DNA from: Trichodelitschia bisporula
Lineage: Eukaryota
DNA length: 64,000 nt
Direction: 5' to 3'
Assembly (NCBI GenBank): GCA_010356995.1
Contig: ML996691.1
Coordinates: 936,174 to 1,000,173 of the forward strand
Numbering within the stretch: position 1 is the stretch's first letter; every line of letters begins with the position of its first letter. The notes below the pieces were generated by a model that was not told the DNA's origin, ran no database searches, and worked only from the letters and a program-made list of their open reading frames with translations. The position numbers were made by a program, and so were the translations under genes. Positions 13,201-25,400 of this stretch are shown here, piece by piece.

Positions 13201-13636
13201 CTCTACCCGCCGGAACACTCTCTTTCCCTCAATCGTTGCGCGTTTCCATCTCTCGTTCGAATCACGCTTCACTCGTTCCCTCCTCTCCCTCTCTCGCCTT
13301 TTCCCTACTGTCTTTCAACCCATAGTTCGGCTCTCCATCTCCTTTTTTTTTTAACCAACTTTCACTCTCAGGACAACACGACCCTGGCGGATCCTGTTCA
13401 GTCTACTACGCCCGTTTAATCCACGACCGTTGATCAACTTGCACGTCACTTCCACCTACATCATCCATCATAGAATAGGAGCTCGCAAAGCGCAGACAGG
13501 GACCTCCAATAACCAAGGAACACACGCGTCGAGTCAAACCCGCATAGAAAGAAAGCTTCGACGTCAAGGGAACCCAAGTGCGCTTCCCGCCGCGCTCATC
13601 ATCATTTCACCCACACACATCCACACATCCTCCAAC

Positions 13637-15916
13637 ATGAAGGTCCGGTGGCGGCCCTCGAACCTCCTCGCCTCCCTCCTCATCCTAGGTGCTCTGCCGG
13701 TCGGAGTACTCAGCGGCGATGTGCTAGAGACTAGCGGCTTCAGCACCTGCGGCGGCGTCGCCGACATCACGGTGCAGCGTATGAACATTCAGTACAACCG
13801 CAACACCAACAAGATCGTCTTCGACGTGGCCGGCACGAGCTCCAGGCAACAGAAGGTCAAGGCCTCGCTCACCGTGACTGCCTACGGGAAGGAGGTCTAC
13901 TCAAACCACTTTGACCCGTGTCAGGAGGGAGCCAAGATTGACCAATTATGTCCAGGTTTGTGCTTTGCCGCTATCATAACTGACAGTAGCTAACCGTGTG
14001 CAGTACCCGAAGGCAACTTCGCCGCCAAGGGTGAGCAAGACATCCCCACAAAGTACGCGAACATGATCCCCGCCATCGCCTTCAACGTGCCCGACCTCGA
14101 CGGAATGGCCAAGCTGGAACTCACCCCTGCCGATGGCGGTGCTCCGGTCGCCTGTATCCAGTCCGTCGTCGGCAATGGCAAGACCATGTCAGTGGTGGCA
14201 GTACCCTACGTTGCCGCTGGCATCGCCGGCGCCGCCCTCGTTGTATCCGGGCTCTCTGCTCTTGCAGCAGGCGGTGCCACGGGTGCCGCGGCACCCAGCC
14301 CCAGCTTCTCCGAGGTCGTCGGCTGGTTCCAGTCCATGGCGCTGAACGGCATGCTTAGCGTACAGTACCCATCGGTTTATCGCAGCTTCGCGCAGAACTT
14401 TGCTTTCAGCGGCGGCCTAATCCAGTGGGAGTCGATGCAGCAGTCGATTGACAGCTTCCGCAACTCAACTGGTGGCAACTTGACGACGGACTCAGTCGCC
14501 TTTCTGAAGAAGGCGACGCTCGTTTATGGGACTGAGAACGGGACACTGGCGAAGCGCGATCTGGCGACGCGTGCGTTTAACCTCTTCGCGCGCGAGGTTG
14601 CCGTCTCCCAGAATACCAATAATCCCACGAATGCCACTGAGGACAGCAAGACGATGCACTTTGTCCACGGCATCCAGGGCTATGCCGAGAAGCTCATGAT
14701 CCCGCAGTCCAACACGTTTATGACGATTCTGCTTATCTTCGCTGTCATCATCGGCGCCATCGTCGTCGGTATCCTGCTCTTCAAGGTCATCCTCGAGACG
14801 TGGGCACTGTTCGGTTCGTTCCCGAAGCGCCTCACCAGCTTCCGTAAGCGCTACTGGTGGATCATGGCCAAGTCCATCACCAACTTAATCCTGCTCCTCT
14901 ACGGCGTGTGGACCCTGTATTGCGTCTACCAATTCACACGCGGCGACTCGTGGGCTGCGAAGCTGCTCGCCGGCGTGACGCTGGCACTCTTCACTTTGGT
15001 GCTCGCCTACTTTGCATGGAAGATTTGGTCCGCGGCGCGCAAGTTCAAGAAGGCAGAGGGCGACGCCTCGGGCTTGTTCGAGGACAAGGAGACGTGGCGC
15101 AAGTACAGCCTGTTCTACGAGAACTACAAGAAGGGTTACTGGTGGCTGTTCTTGCCCGCCATTATCTACATGTTTGCCAAGGGCGTGGTTATTGCGGCTG
15201 GTGACGGGCACGGCATGTTCCAGACTGCTGGCCAGCTGATCATCGAGAGCATCATGCTGGTTCTGCTGCTGTGGTCGCGGCCGTACACGCTCAAGTCCGG
15301 CAACTGGATCAACATCACGATTCAGGTCGTGCGTGTGCTGTCCGTCCTGTGTATCTTGGTGTTTGTCGAGCAACTGGGCATTTCGCAGACGCCGAAGACG
15401 ATCACTGGCGTTGTGCTCATCGTCATGCAGTCGGTGCTCACGGGCCTGCTGGCTATCTTGATCGCAGTCAACGCGCTCATTGTCTTCTGCAAGGCGAACC
15501 CGCATCGCAAAGCACGCAAGGAGGCTGGTACGTTCCCCTTTCTTTCGAGTATGTACAGTACTAACAGCATTGCAGAGAAGAAGAATCGTGACATGGACGC
15601 CTTGACGCCTCTCGATGCGCGCAACTCGCTCCTGCTCTCGCCGGAAGAATACAAATCGACTGGCCGCGGACAACCGCCAATTACCGACGTGCCGACTCTC
15701 GACCCGAAGCACTACAAGTCGAACAGCCAGGACAGCTACCAAATGGAGGAGACGTCGTACCGCGCATACCACCGGCCGGCGGAGAGCCGTGATAGGCTGC
15801 TGTCGACCAGTCATAGCAACGAACAGGTTATTGGCCGGGACGTGAGTCCGCAGCCGTCGATGCGGGCGCCATTGTTGCCGGAGGTGGATTTGGGGTATCG
15901 GAGAGGGGGTTACTAG
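13637..15916 (+). CDS. FLC/Pkd2-type TRP-like flavin carrier / Ca2+ channel (TRP_N ML-like domain + TRP domain), 3 exons
   Basis: Signal peptide, LETSGFSTC, AYGKEVYSNHFDPC, IPAIAFNVPDLDG, WFQSMALNGMLSVQYPSVYRSFAQNFAFSGGLI, multiple TM helices. Confidence 0.93.
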
Positions 15917-16648
15917 GTTGACTATAAATTTGTTGGAATTTTTTGAGGATGGGAAAATAGCGGACATGTGAACTGGGGAGGTGCAGATTATGATCGTGGA
16001 TTTAATTGTGCGAAATAGGCTTCAGGCCTGTGAGGATCGGCTTCAGGGCGCTGAGAGATGTTGAATACCCCGCTGACGACGGCTTTTCCTTGTGTTGTGT
16101 GGTGAAGTTGGTGATCGGGACTGAGGTTGAAAGAGGAGGTAACTTTGGTTGCCCACATGTGCACATCTACGGTGAGGAGCAGCGGAATCTTCTTATTCAT
16201 ATGCATTCCCTTTGCCCGTCTATCTGATTGACATCTGTTTCTTTACTCATTGTTAGCGCAGGTCGGGTCGGACGGCGTTTTGCAGGTTGAGGAATTTCGA
16301 GGGAATCATTCTGTGTGGCTCGTGTGTCGTCATTTGTCTTCAGCCTTGTTTGTGGATGATAAGACAGGGTAGGGTATATATGAGCGCTGTACTATGTACA
16401 TTACTACCTTCCGTACCTAGTTGCGGATCGGAGAATTCAATAGCGTGGTTGTCGATCTTATTGATGCCCTTGACGTGGCTCAGCCTCGTTGCACTTTATT
16501 CCGGTCCTAGCCCCGGGGGAGTCAGGGATGAGTCTTGCCCATCCTTGTCTGTAGGGAGGGCAAGACGGCACAACGTCATCTCATTTCGCGCCTCGGCCCT
16601 GCTGGCGGGGGAAGTCCACGATGTCTCGCGTAACATGGCTTTCATTAT

Positions 16649-17590
16649 CTACCCCATGGCCCATAATCCGATTAAAGCGACAAGACACCACCACCCCGCA
16701 AACGCTCCACCGCGGACCGCGTCGCCTTTCTCTGCGCCGGCCGCTTTGCTTTCGCCTAGATACCACCGCCCCACGCTGGAGAGACCGCCCTTTTTGTCGA
16801 GCAGAGCGGCGCTGGGACCGATGTTGCTGGCGTCGGAGCGGAAGGTGCCGAAGTAGGCGTGGCGGGAGACGTTTCTGCTCGTCCCATTAACGCACCATCC
16901 TTCCACAGCGGAAGAAGTGACTTACTTATGCCCCTCCAGAAATTCCACCGTCTGGTTGAAGAACGTTTCTGTTGTTTTGGCGTCCGCGCCGGGGAGACCC
17001 CACTCCGTAACCCAGATCTCTTTCGACGGGTACGTCGAACTGACGTTCGTGATGAAGGGCACGAGGCCCTCGAACGCGCCGTACCAGTGCACGGCCACGA
17101 AGGCCGCATCATCCTCGCACTTGCACGTCTTGAAGAAATCCGCAAGCCAGGCCAACCCCCGCGGTGACCCCGTAATGGCCGGCGCACCGACTTTATACCC
17201 CTCCTTGCGCAGCGGCGCGAGGTACTTCCCCCATAAATCAGCCGCGGTGCTGACGGACATGCTGCTCCCGCCGGTTTTGGTAGGTTCGTCGGGTTCGTTG
17301 AAGGAGAGGATGTATTCGGGTTTAGGGCTGAGGGAGTGGATTTGTCCTGGGAAGGCGGAGGGGATGTGGCTGGTGTCGGAGCCCCAGAGCATGGGGACGA
17401 AGGAGAGGCTGGAGGGGAGGCCCGGGGCGGGGAGGGGGGAGTAGTTGTAGTACCATATTAGCTCGGGGGAGCTGGTGTAGGTGGTGAGGTCGGTGGGGTG
17501 GGCGGGGTGGATGTACACGAGACCGCGTTTGGAGGAGGCGGCGAGGGTGAGGGGAGTGAGGAGAGTGAGGGTGAGGAGGAGGAGGTGCAT
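16649..17590 (-). CDS. GH128 (Glyco_hydro_cc / Asl1-like) beta-1,3-glucanase, secreted, probably GPI-anchored; 2 exons
   Basis: Signal peptide, SKRGLVY, WYYNY, FVPMLWG, FNEPD and IWVTEWG (catalytic Glu pair), hydrophobic C-terminus. Intron at about 16925-16875. Confidence 0.92.
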
Positions 17591-18078
17591 TTTACGGGGA
17601 GAGGTCCGGAGACCGGGGAACGGAGACCGGAGGGCTGGATTAAACGAGACTAACAAGTTACACGACAGTAAAGGCGACACAACATCACGGAACCACGCAG
17701 GAACAGCGAGGCTATATATTCAACGGGCGCAGATCGCATCAACGGGCAGATGACCGTTCCTACGCCCTCCACGCGGCGCAGAAAACAGGGTCTCGAAGGG
17801 GTTTACAATCACTGCAGATGTGTGGTGCAACGTTGACTGTGCCTGCATGGTATTTTTACCTGTCTATCCCCTCCCCAATTCAGGTCTTCCAGCCGCTGAT
17901 GTAGGCCAAGCCTGACCCCTGTCCATCCGACCGGTACCCTGGTAAGGCGCAAGGCTGAAGTCTCAACACAGCATTTGTGTACGAGCCATGCGTCCGGGAG
18001 CCCCGGTGGCGGAGTTGGCTTTTATCTGCATCACACGGTCGCTTTGATAATCTCCCACCCAGTCATCAGTCTGTTTAG

Positions 18079-18875
18079 ATGGACTCCAGCAGCGGGGAGG
18101 CAGCACGGCGGTCAGATTCGTCGGCGTGGTCTCGGGCTCGATGTTCATGATGAGAAACCGGGTGACCTTGGAACAGCGGATGCGGGTGCAATACGTTGCT
18201 GAACTAGGTGGCAGCTGGGGAACTCCAGTTGTCGGCGCCAATCCTGAGTATATACCAGTACGTCATGCCTTGATCGGTACAGCAGGTATATATGCCTCTC
18301 CTTCCTCTTATACTCGCATCCGACCGGTCACTCCTTATCACGATCCCGTTCCGAAAGTTGAACACAGAGGGTGGAGTGATTTCCAAGGCAAAGGCATCGG
18401 GCAGGCCTGCAGCCCGAACGGCCGCGAGGACGTCGGTAGGGTGAGGTTGACTCGGGCTCTTCGTCCTCATCGCTGTACTTCTCCATGGCGCTGGGTGTGG
18501 CAGTGGATCAAAGTCCCTGAAGTCCCCCTCCCTGCGGTAGTAGAAGTACCGCTGGTACTCGGCTTCGTCCAAGCGGTCTTAGAATGTGGACGGTTGGTCA
18601 AAGATCAAGTCGCTGGGCCGAACGTCCTCCGGAGTGCCGGGTATGGCGCCGCTATACTCGAAGTCCGCCCGGTATATATCCCCTCCACCTCCGTCCTACG
18701 ACGCGTCTCTCTTATACCCGTGGTGAGCTTTCCGCCGCTTTGAAAGTGCGAAAAGCTTCGTGAATGCCCGTCTCTCGCGCAGGATTTATATAGCGCCTCC
18801 TCCAGGACCGGCGAAATGGTCAACTTCAATGGGATCTGGAAGTAGTGGTGTTGGAGGTCGCATAAGGTTATACAT
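18079..18875 (-). pseudogene. Decayed gene of unknown family, interrupted by in-frame TAA/TAG stops
   Basis: ORFs 18786..19175 and 18204..18572 are in one frame. Stops: TAA (18786-88), TAG (18696-98), TAA (18579-81), TAG (18204-06). Protein-like sequence such as HPTDVLAAVRAAGLPDAFALEI. Confidence 0.55.
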
Positions 18876-19197
18876 AGTGGAGGAATTTCTCCGGCAGATT
18901 ATCAAGAGATCGTTGAAGTTATAGCGTATCCTCAACCTTGCGGCGGGGTTTCGGCAACAATACTGAATGACTAGCCTTGTCGAGCTGAGAAGTCCTCGCA
19001 AGGCTGACCGAGAGTTGAGGATTCGCTGACGAAGAGGGCCGCCTTGATGCAGAACGAAGCACCAAAGGGCTACTTCCATCATCCTAGCACACGCACATGG
19101 CCTCGGATTGAAACCAATCAAACTCGCTGGGAGCTTGATGTCGTGAGATGCCGGTATACATATACGCCCGCGCATGCGCTATACTTGTACGGCGGCT

Positions 19198-19805
19198 TCA
19201 TGCCAACCGGCCGGTCGAGACAGCCGGTATATATGAATCCTGCGTGGTGTCGGCACCGGGGCGGGATGGGGCGCGGGGCTTGCTCTTCACGATGCTGGCG
19301 GACTGCGCACGGGGTTGTGGATCCCCGGCGGATGAAGCTTCAGTCGTTTTTGCCTCGTCCTCGCCAGCGGGCTCTTCCGGCGCCGCAACTTGGAACTTCT
19401 TCGGAAGACCTGGCAGCAACGCCTTGAGCTGTGCCGCCATAGCGGCGTCCACCTTTTGGAATGGCTTCTTCTTATATAGCGCCTTGAAGCTTAGAAGCGT
19501 TGTCGCGGGAAGAAGTGTCGGGTCGAACAGCAATGATTCGTCCACGTCGATGGACTTGTTGCGCTGGTGCGCACGAGTGCTGGCCATCTTATATACTGTG
19601 CGAGGATTCCACGCGGTCTTGCGATTGCTGGTGCGTTAAAGAAGAAGGATTTGGAGATATAAGTGGTGAAGGATATATACGACGTGACGCCGGGCGCGAG
19701 ATTATACTTCGCTGGGCCAAGACCGGCTGGTCCGCTGGGAGGGTGCCGCATGATGATTGTAATGTCCGCATTGCCGGTGATGCTCCGCTGGACTGTGCAG
19801 TTCAT
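19198..19805 (-). pseudogene. Possible frameshifted orphan gene
   Basis: A CA-rich leader ends in CACCATG (ATG at 19805; MNCTVQRSITG...). Coding-like sequence continues in a different frame (ORF 19198..19587). Confidence 0.35.
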
Positions 19806-19914
19806 GGTGGATGTTGTTGATTTGGCATGTGATGTTGGTTTTGTTGGATAGGTGCGCCGCTTCAGAACGCGGGGAGATAGGCGTTGGAAGGGGATTGGCA
19901 AGAGGCCATCTTCG

Positions 19915-21760
19915 ATCCCTTATACTTAGTAACCGCCTCGTCCTTGAGTGCATCGACATCCGGGTCACCGAGTCTCGGCTTCCCAGCTCCGCAAGCTCTT
20001 GGTCTGAGGGACGCGACACAGTTCTTTAAGCTTTGAATGAGTGGACTTTTCAACCTTCTGAAGCTCTGAAAGCCGATATGTAATAATGGCTTTGAGGTCG
20101 TGGCCATGGCATGCCGCAGCGAAGGTCTGAAGATTGGCCTCGGAAGCCTCAAAAATATATAGGAAGAGGACTTCAGATGACTTCAGATGATGCTGAGTAT
20201 ATGGGGCTTTGAATATAAGACGCTTTCTTCGATGAAGGTGATGTCGAGGCATGCATTGGTGGGTGGTCAGAAACTTTTTGAGGTACTGTGGAATCGAGAA
20301 GCTAGGCATCTTTTCGTTTCAGAACCAAAGGCTCAACGAATCAATACCGAAACCACAGCTAACTCGAGTAGAAGTAGTAGGAGTGCGACAAGAAGTGGGA
20401 GAGTAGTTTCGAAGAGTTAAAGCTTAGGCTCGAAACATCGAAATCGGGATTCAAGGCCGAGAAGTCGATATAGGACAAGCCAGCAATAAGAGCGCCGATA
20501 TTGCCTGGAACTTTGATGAAGGACCTATACGCGGTAGTGCCCTTGGGTTTTAAGTCGTCTTTGCCTTTGACAAACTCGGTGATATCACAGAACAACAGGA
20601 GGCCTATGGGATTAGCGAGATACACTACCCGCGGTAGAAATGACAGCGGCACATACCAAATTTATAGTCCTCTAGGCCTATATGAAGGACCTGCCCGTGC
20701 AGTATGTCTGCTTCCAGGCCGGAGAAGTCGGCTGCGACGCCTGCAGGCCGAGATGATGCGTATCTCGGAAGACGCAGAAACCGCGGCACAGCCCTTGACC
20801 TGGCACTTAACATCGTCCGGTTTAGTGGCCTCACGCTCGGCGCACTTTAGGCGGCCCATGGCTTTATAGAACCGCAGGATGTTTGCCGCCCACACCTGGG
20901 CAGTTTTCAATGGTGTGCCTCTGTAACTGAAGCGGAATGAGAAAGGGAGCTTTTTGGTCCTCGATGCCGCGATATAGTGCTTAGGGTTGCTCGCACATCC
21001 GGAACAGGCGTTGTGATGCCCTATAATTTGTATATTCGTCCACATCGATGGTGTGAAGTGTAACCTAAGACCGGTTAGGGGAAAAACTTGCGGTGCGGGG
21101 GGACTTACGAAGCACCAGACGTTGACCTCTTTCTGCTGGCCAAATATATGGCAGCTGCAAACAGCTTGAAGCATGGTATCTTCGTATACGCGCTTGGAGC
21201 CGATGCCTTCCTCTGCTCCGAAACGCTGACGCACGCGGCGAGTGATTTGAGGAGTCGAATGCCGAAATTGGATGGGGCATCTCAGAACAACTCATGAACC
21301 CAAAAACAACCTGAACCATATAATCTTCTCGCGCTTACGCTTGCGAGCGTCGCCGCTTATATTCCGAGTCTTCATGCTGGTCCTTAGCGATATAGGGCGC
21401 TAAGAACACGACATGATTCGCATTCTGAAGGTTTCTGCTAAGGTTAGCTATGGTTCGCTCGAAGGCCTATTGAACTTACAGTCCAGATTATACCGGTTTG
21501 AAAGTATAGAAGAAGGAGACCGTGTGGCAACCAACTTCTCATGAGTGAGGCGGCGGAAGGTGACAATAACAGCATGTTGCTCGGAGCTTCCAGAGGATGT
21601 TATTGAAAGTTGAAAAATGTGACAGTGAGCATCGGAGGTGGTCCCGAAGGATTTGACTCTCTGTTGAAAGATCGATATCGTTTGAAATCGAGTCGTCAGT
21701 GTCTTCGAAACTAGGAACTTTCTTCGATGAAGATGGTGTCAAAGTAAGTGAAAGGGATGA
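19915..21760 (-). pseudogene. Scrambled, mutated relic of a DNMT5 paralog plus copies of its upstream region
   Basis: Direct by-eye matches to the intact gene, e.g. SEANLQTFAAACHGHDLKAII, LLFCDITEFVKGKDDLKPKGTTAY, ILRFYKAMGRLKCAEREATKPDDVKCQ, HNACSGCASNPKH, TMLQAVCSCHIFGQQKEVNVW, NLQNANHVVFLAPY. Confidence 0.9.
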
Positions 21761-22463
21761 GGTGTAGGCAAAGGTTTACAGTTCTCACTGGGTGAATGTT
21801 GTAGGAAGAAAGCAGAGTGCGAGTGGAAGTGAGGACTTTGTTCACCTCGAGGGAAGGCGGGCACTCGCTTGGCCGCAGAGGCCGGAGATTCTTCCCCCGA
21901 GCTATCGAGCGGGCTTGTGCTTCAATTTAGCAAGTCCGGGGCTTTATTTACCTGAGCGGTGAGTTGGGGCACTGGCTCGAAGATTCAAGCCATCAAACAG
22001 TGGGCAGTTGAGGACACCATCAGGAGGCGGTGATGACTTGGCAAGGCTGGCGGGAGATCATTCTGCATGGGCCATCGAGCGGGCTATAACTTAATTCAAC
22101 GGATCTGGAGTAACGTTTACCCAGGCGGTGAAGTAGATTCACTGGCACGACTGGTTCGGAGATTCTAGTAATCGGACAATGGGCAGTTGATAGTTTGCGG
22201 AAGTTCAAACCAAAAGGAGGTTTAGAAAAGATCTTGTCAGCATAACGGCTTTTACAGTAGTGATCGTATGCCAATCAAATGTCCATGACACACTAGCACG
22301 CAACATTGCAAGAGATTCGGAAGAGCAGATGAGATTCTCGAGCTAGAAACCTCAATTATCTCCCCAGCCAACCAGACTATTACTCGTCCAAGGACTACGG
22401 TAGGGAGACCTGGGATAAGGTGAGATCTCAGCGATCATCCATCTCGGCATCGTCCAACTCGTC

Positions 22464-25400
22464 CTACAACTCGTCTCCCGATTCCTCCTCTGACTCGTCC
22501 TCCGATTCGTCCTCCGATTCGTCCATCGACTCGTCCTCCAGCTCCTCCGGCTCCTCCATGTCCTCGTTCGAGTCGTCGTCCGAGTCCGCCTTCTCTTCCA
22601 CGTCCACCGAAACAGCAAAAGAGTAGGGCAGAAGCGACCCAGAGGTAAATCCCTTCTTTACCTCTGAACCAAGTTTACGAACCACACTCTTCGGAACTAG
22701 AGCGTAGAGCCCGGTCGTCTCAAGCTCAATGAGCTCTGCGTCCTCGTTGCCTTCCACGTGCGTACCGAGCGAGAGCGTCTGTGGATGGGACCTCATGGAG
22801 CCGCGGTCAACCAGCGCGCGCTTAAGGCGGCGCTCGCTACGCTCAAGAATGTCCACGTCGATCGTGTGAAGGGCAACCTAGACCTGTCAATGGAGAAACT
22901 TGCGGTGCGGGGGGGAACTTACGAAGCGCCAGACGTTGACTTCTTTCTGCTGGCCAAACCTATGGCAGCGGCGAACCGCTTGAAGCATGGTAGCTTCGTA
23001 CTCCTGCTGGTCCCTAGCGAGGTAGGGTGCTAAGAATACGACATGGTTCGCTTTCTGGAGGTTCCTGTTGAGGGTTAGTGATGGGATTGGATAGAGGATT
23101 ATGAAACTCACAGGCCAGACTGCTGCCTACTGTCGAAATCAAGGATGAGCGCCCGGAGACTCTTTTCCGTCTTGAAAGACTTTATCGCTTTCTCGGTGGA
23201 GCCGATGACACAGGCGATATTATGAGTCTCCAAAGTGCGCTCCACGATTTTGCCGAGCTCTCCCGTCTGGACAAAGATGACAACTTTATCGTCATGCGGT
23301 AGCTCACGAAGAAGAGAGGCGATTTCGTCGATCTTCGAGCCTTCGGTCTTGTCACCATTGTCGTCCCCAAAAGCTGTGACGGGAAGGGCGTGGGTGGGAA
23401 GGAAACCAGCGTCGCAGCCGTCAACGCCACAGACAATGGGCAAGACTTCGTTGCCCAGACACTTCGTGCAGACACAATGCCCGCAGGCCGGAATGATATG
23501 CATCTCGGAAGACGCAGGAACCGCGGCACAGCCCTTGAACTGGCACTTAACATCGTCTGGTTTAGTGGCCTCACGATCGGCGCGCTTCAATCGGTCAATG
23601 GCTTCATAGAAGCGCAGGATGCGGTGCTGCAGAACAAGCTGCAGCTCCACACGCCGAATCTCCTCCAAGAACTTGCGAGGATCCACCACTGTTCCGGTCT
23701 TCTTCTGGGCTTTGTACTGGGCAAGAGCCTTTTCCTTGAATGCATCCGCATCCGGGTCGCCGAGGTCTTGGGCTTCCCAGTTCCGCAAACTCTTGGTCTC
23801 ACGGACGCGAGGCAATTCTTTAAACTTTGAATTAGCGGATTTTTTGATCTTCTGAAGCTCTAAAAGCCGATAGGCAATGATAGCTTTGAGGTCGTGGCCA
23901 TGGCATGCCGCAGCGACAGTCTGTAGATTGGCCTCGGAAGCCTCGGAGAAATCGGGTTCCGGCCCCACGCCAGGATAACGACGAGGCGCGCGAGGGTCCA
24001 CCTTCTCCGCCGGTGTTCCCAGAAACTGCTCCTTTTCCATGGCATACCGAGCATCCTCATAGAACGCTCGATGAACGCAACTCAGATTGACTGGCTTAAG
24101 GAACTCATGGCAAACAATACCGTGCAGCGGCGCTTCGTTTTTGCGAGCGAAGGTCCTCAAGAACTTTGCTGCCATGTCGTGGCGCGCCTTATGCCAACGA
24201 TGTGACTTCTGCTCCTGTAACGACCGAAACGATTCACCAACCGTCAATTCCGCGCGGAATTCTTTCAGCTTCTTCTGATTCAGGACGTCTTTTGACAGAA
24301 CCTCTGGTCCCAGATCAATTCCAATCAAGCTCGCCATGAGCTTGATATCCGAGAAGTCCGCCACTGGGGGTGTGCCCGAAAGCACCCACTTCTTCGACGC
24401 GCAAATGCTCGCTGCCGAGTCGAAGACAGGCGTGTATTTCTGATATGCGCCCTTTCCCGGACCCAGCTCCATCAAGTCGGCGTACTCGTCGATGATGACG
24501 CGGTTCCACTTGAACAGCTGCAAGACTGGCTGCAAAAGGTGATTCCAGGCATCACTGGCATCGGTGCTCTGCACTCCACCCTGTACCTTGCGACGAGTCT
24601 GAGGCTTGCTGACCTTAAGCTTAGCCTTTAGTTGAGCAGCGTTTTGAGCCCCCTTCATGCGCTTTGTCGGAGCAGTGGCGATAAGCTTCTCGTCGGACAA
24701 GAACTCGCCAATACGGTTGTCGAGGTATGTCGAAAGCTCGGAGACCGTATGGCCTTTCATAAATTCGACGTTTTGACGAAGGCGACCATCTGCCACCTTG
24801 TACCACTGTTGGAATTTACGACCGGACAAGTTCGGAGGTGGCATCCCGGCGAGCTGCGCCAGGTGAGACACATACGTATCGTAAGTCAACAAGCTGAAGG
24901 CGATAATGACGATCTTGGCGCGCTGAACTTGGGCCACTGTCAACTTCCTCCAGTCATTGATCGTGCGGATGACGATGACCATCTCTTCGCCGAACTCGGA
25001 ACTATCGAAGAACTTCTTGTGTTCATTAGCCCACTGGTCTCGCAGCAGATCCGGAGCGATGATCAGCGTCGCGGCCGTCGGAATGAAGCCGGAATCGGAT
25101 TTGAGCGGCTCCTCAATCTCATCGCGCTTCAAACGCATGAACTCTTCGTGGATCAATGCCAGAGACGTCAGAGTCTTCCCGAATGAAGGTGCATCTGCTA
25201 GGATCCCGCCCTTGACATTAACAATGGTTGAGGCACGGATCGCAGCGCGCAGTTGAATGCGATCAATCATCGCCTCTTCGATCGCCTCAAGCTTGAAGGG
25301 GCGTCCCTTCTCCTGAGAAATCATCCAGCCCAGCGAGCGAAGCTGCTCATCTCGAAGCTCGACCTTCATGGCTTCAGGCTGGTTACACATCGCATCATCG

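Noticed and set aside
13080..13360. Long pyrimidine-rich tract upstream of the FLC gene
   Set aside because: CT-rich promoter/5' UTR tracts are ordinary in filamentous fungi.
14885..15967. Long antisense ORFs (e.g. 360 aa here; also opposite DNMT5, ATG7, flotillin, UBR1 and MSH2)
   Set aside because: Shadow ORFs expected from high GC and biased codon use of the real genes on the other strand.
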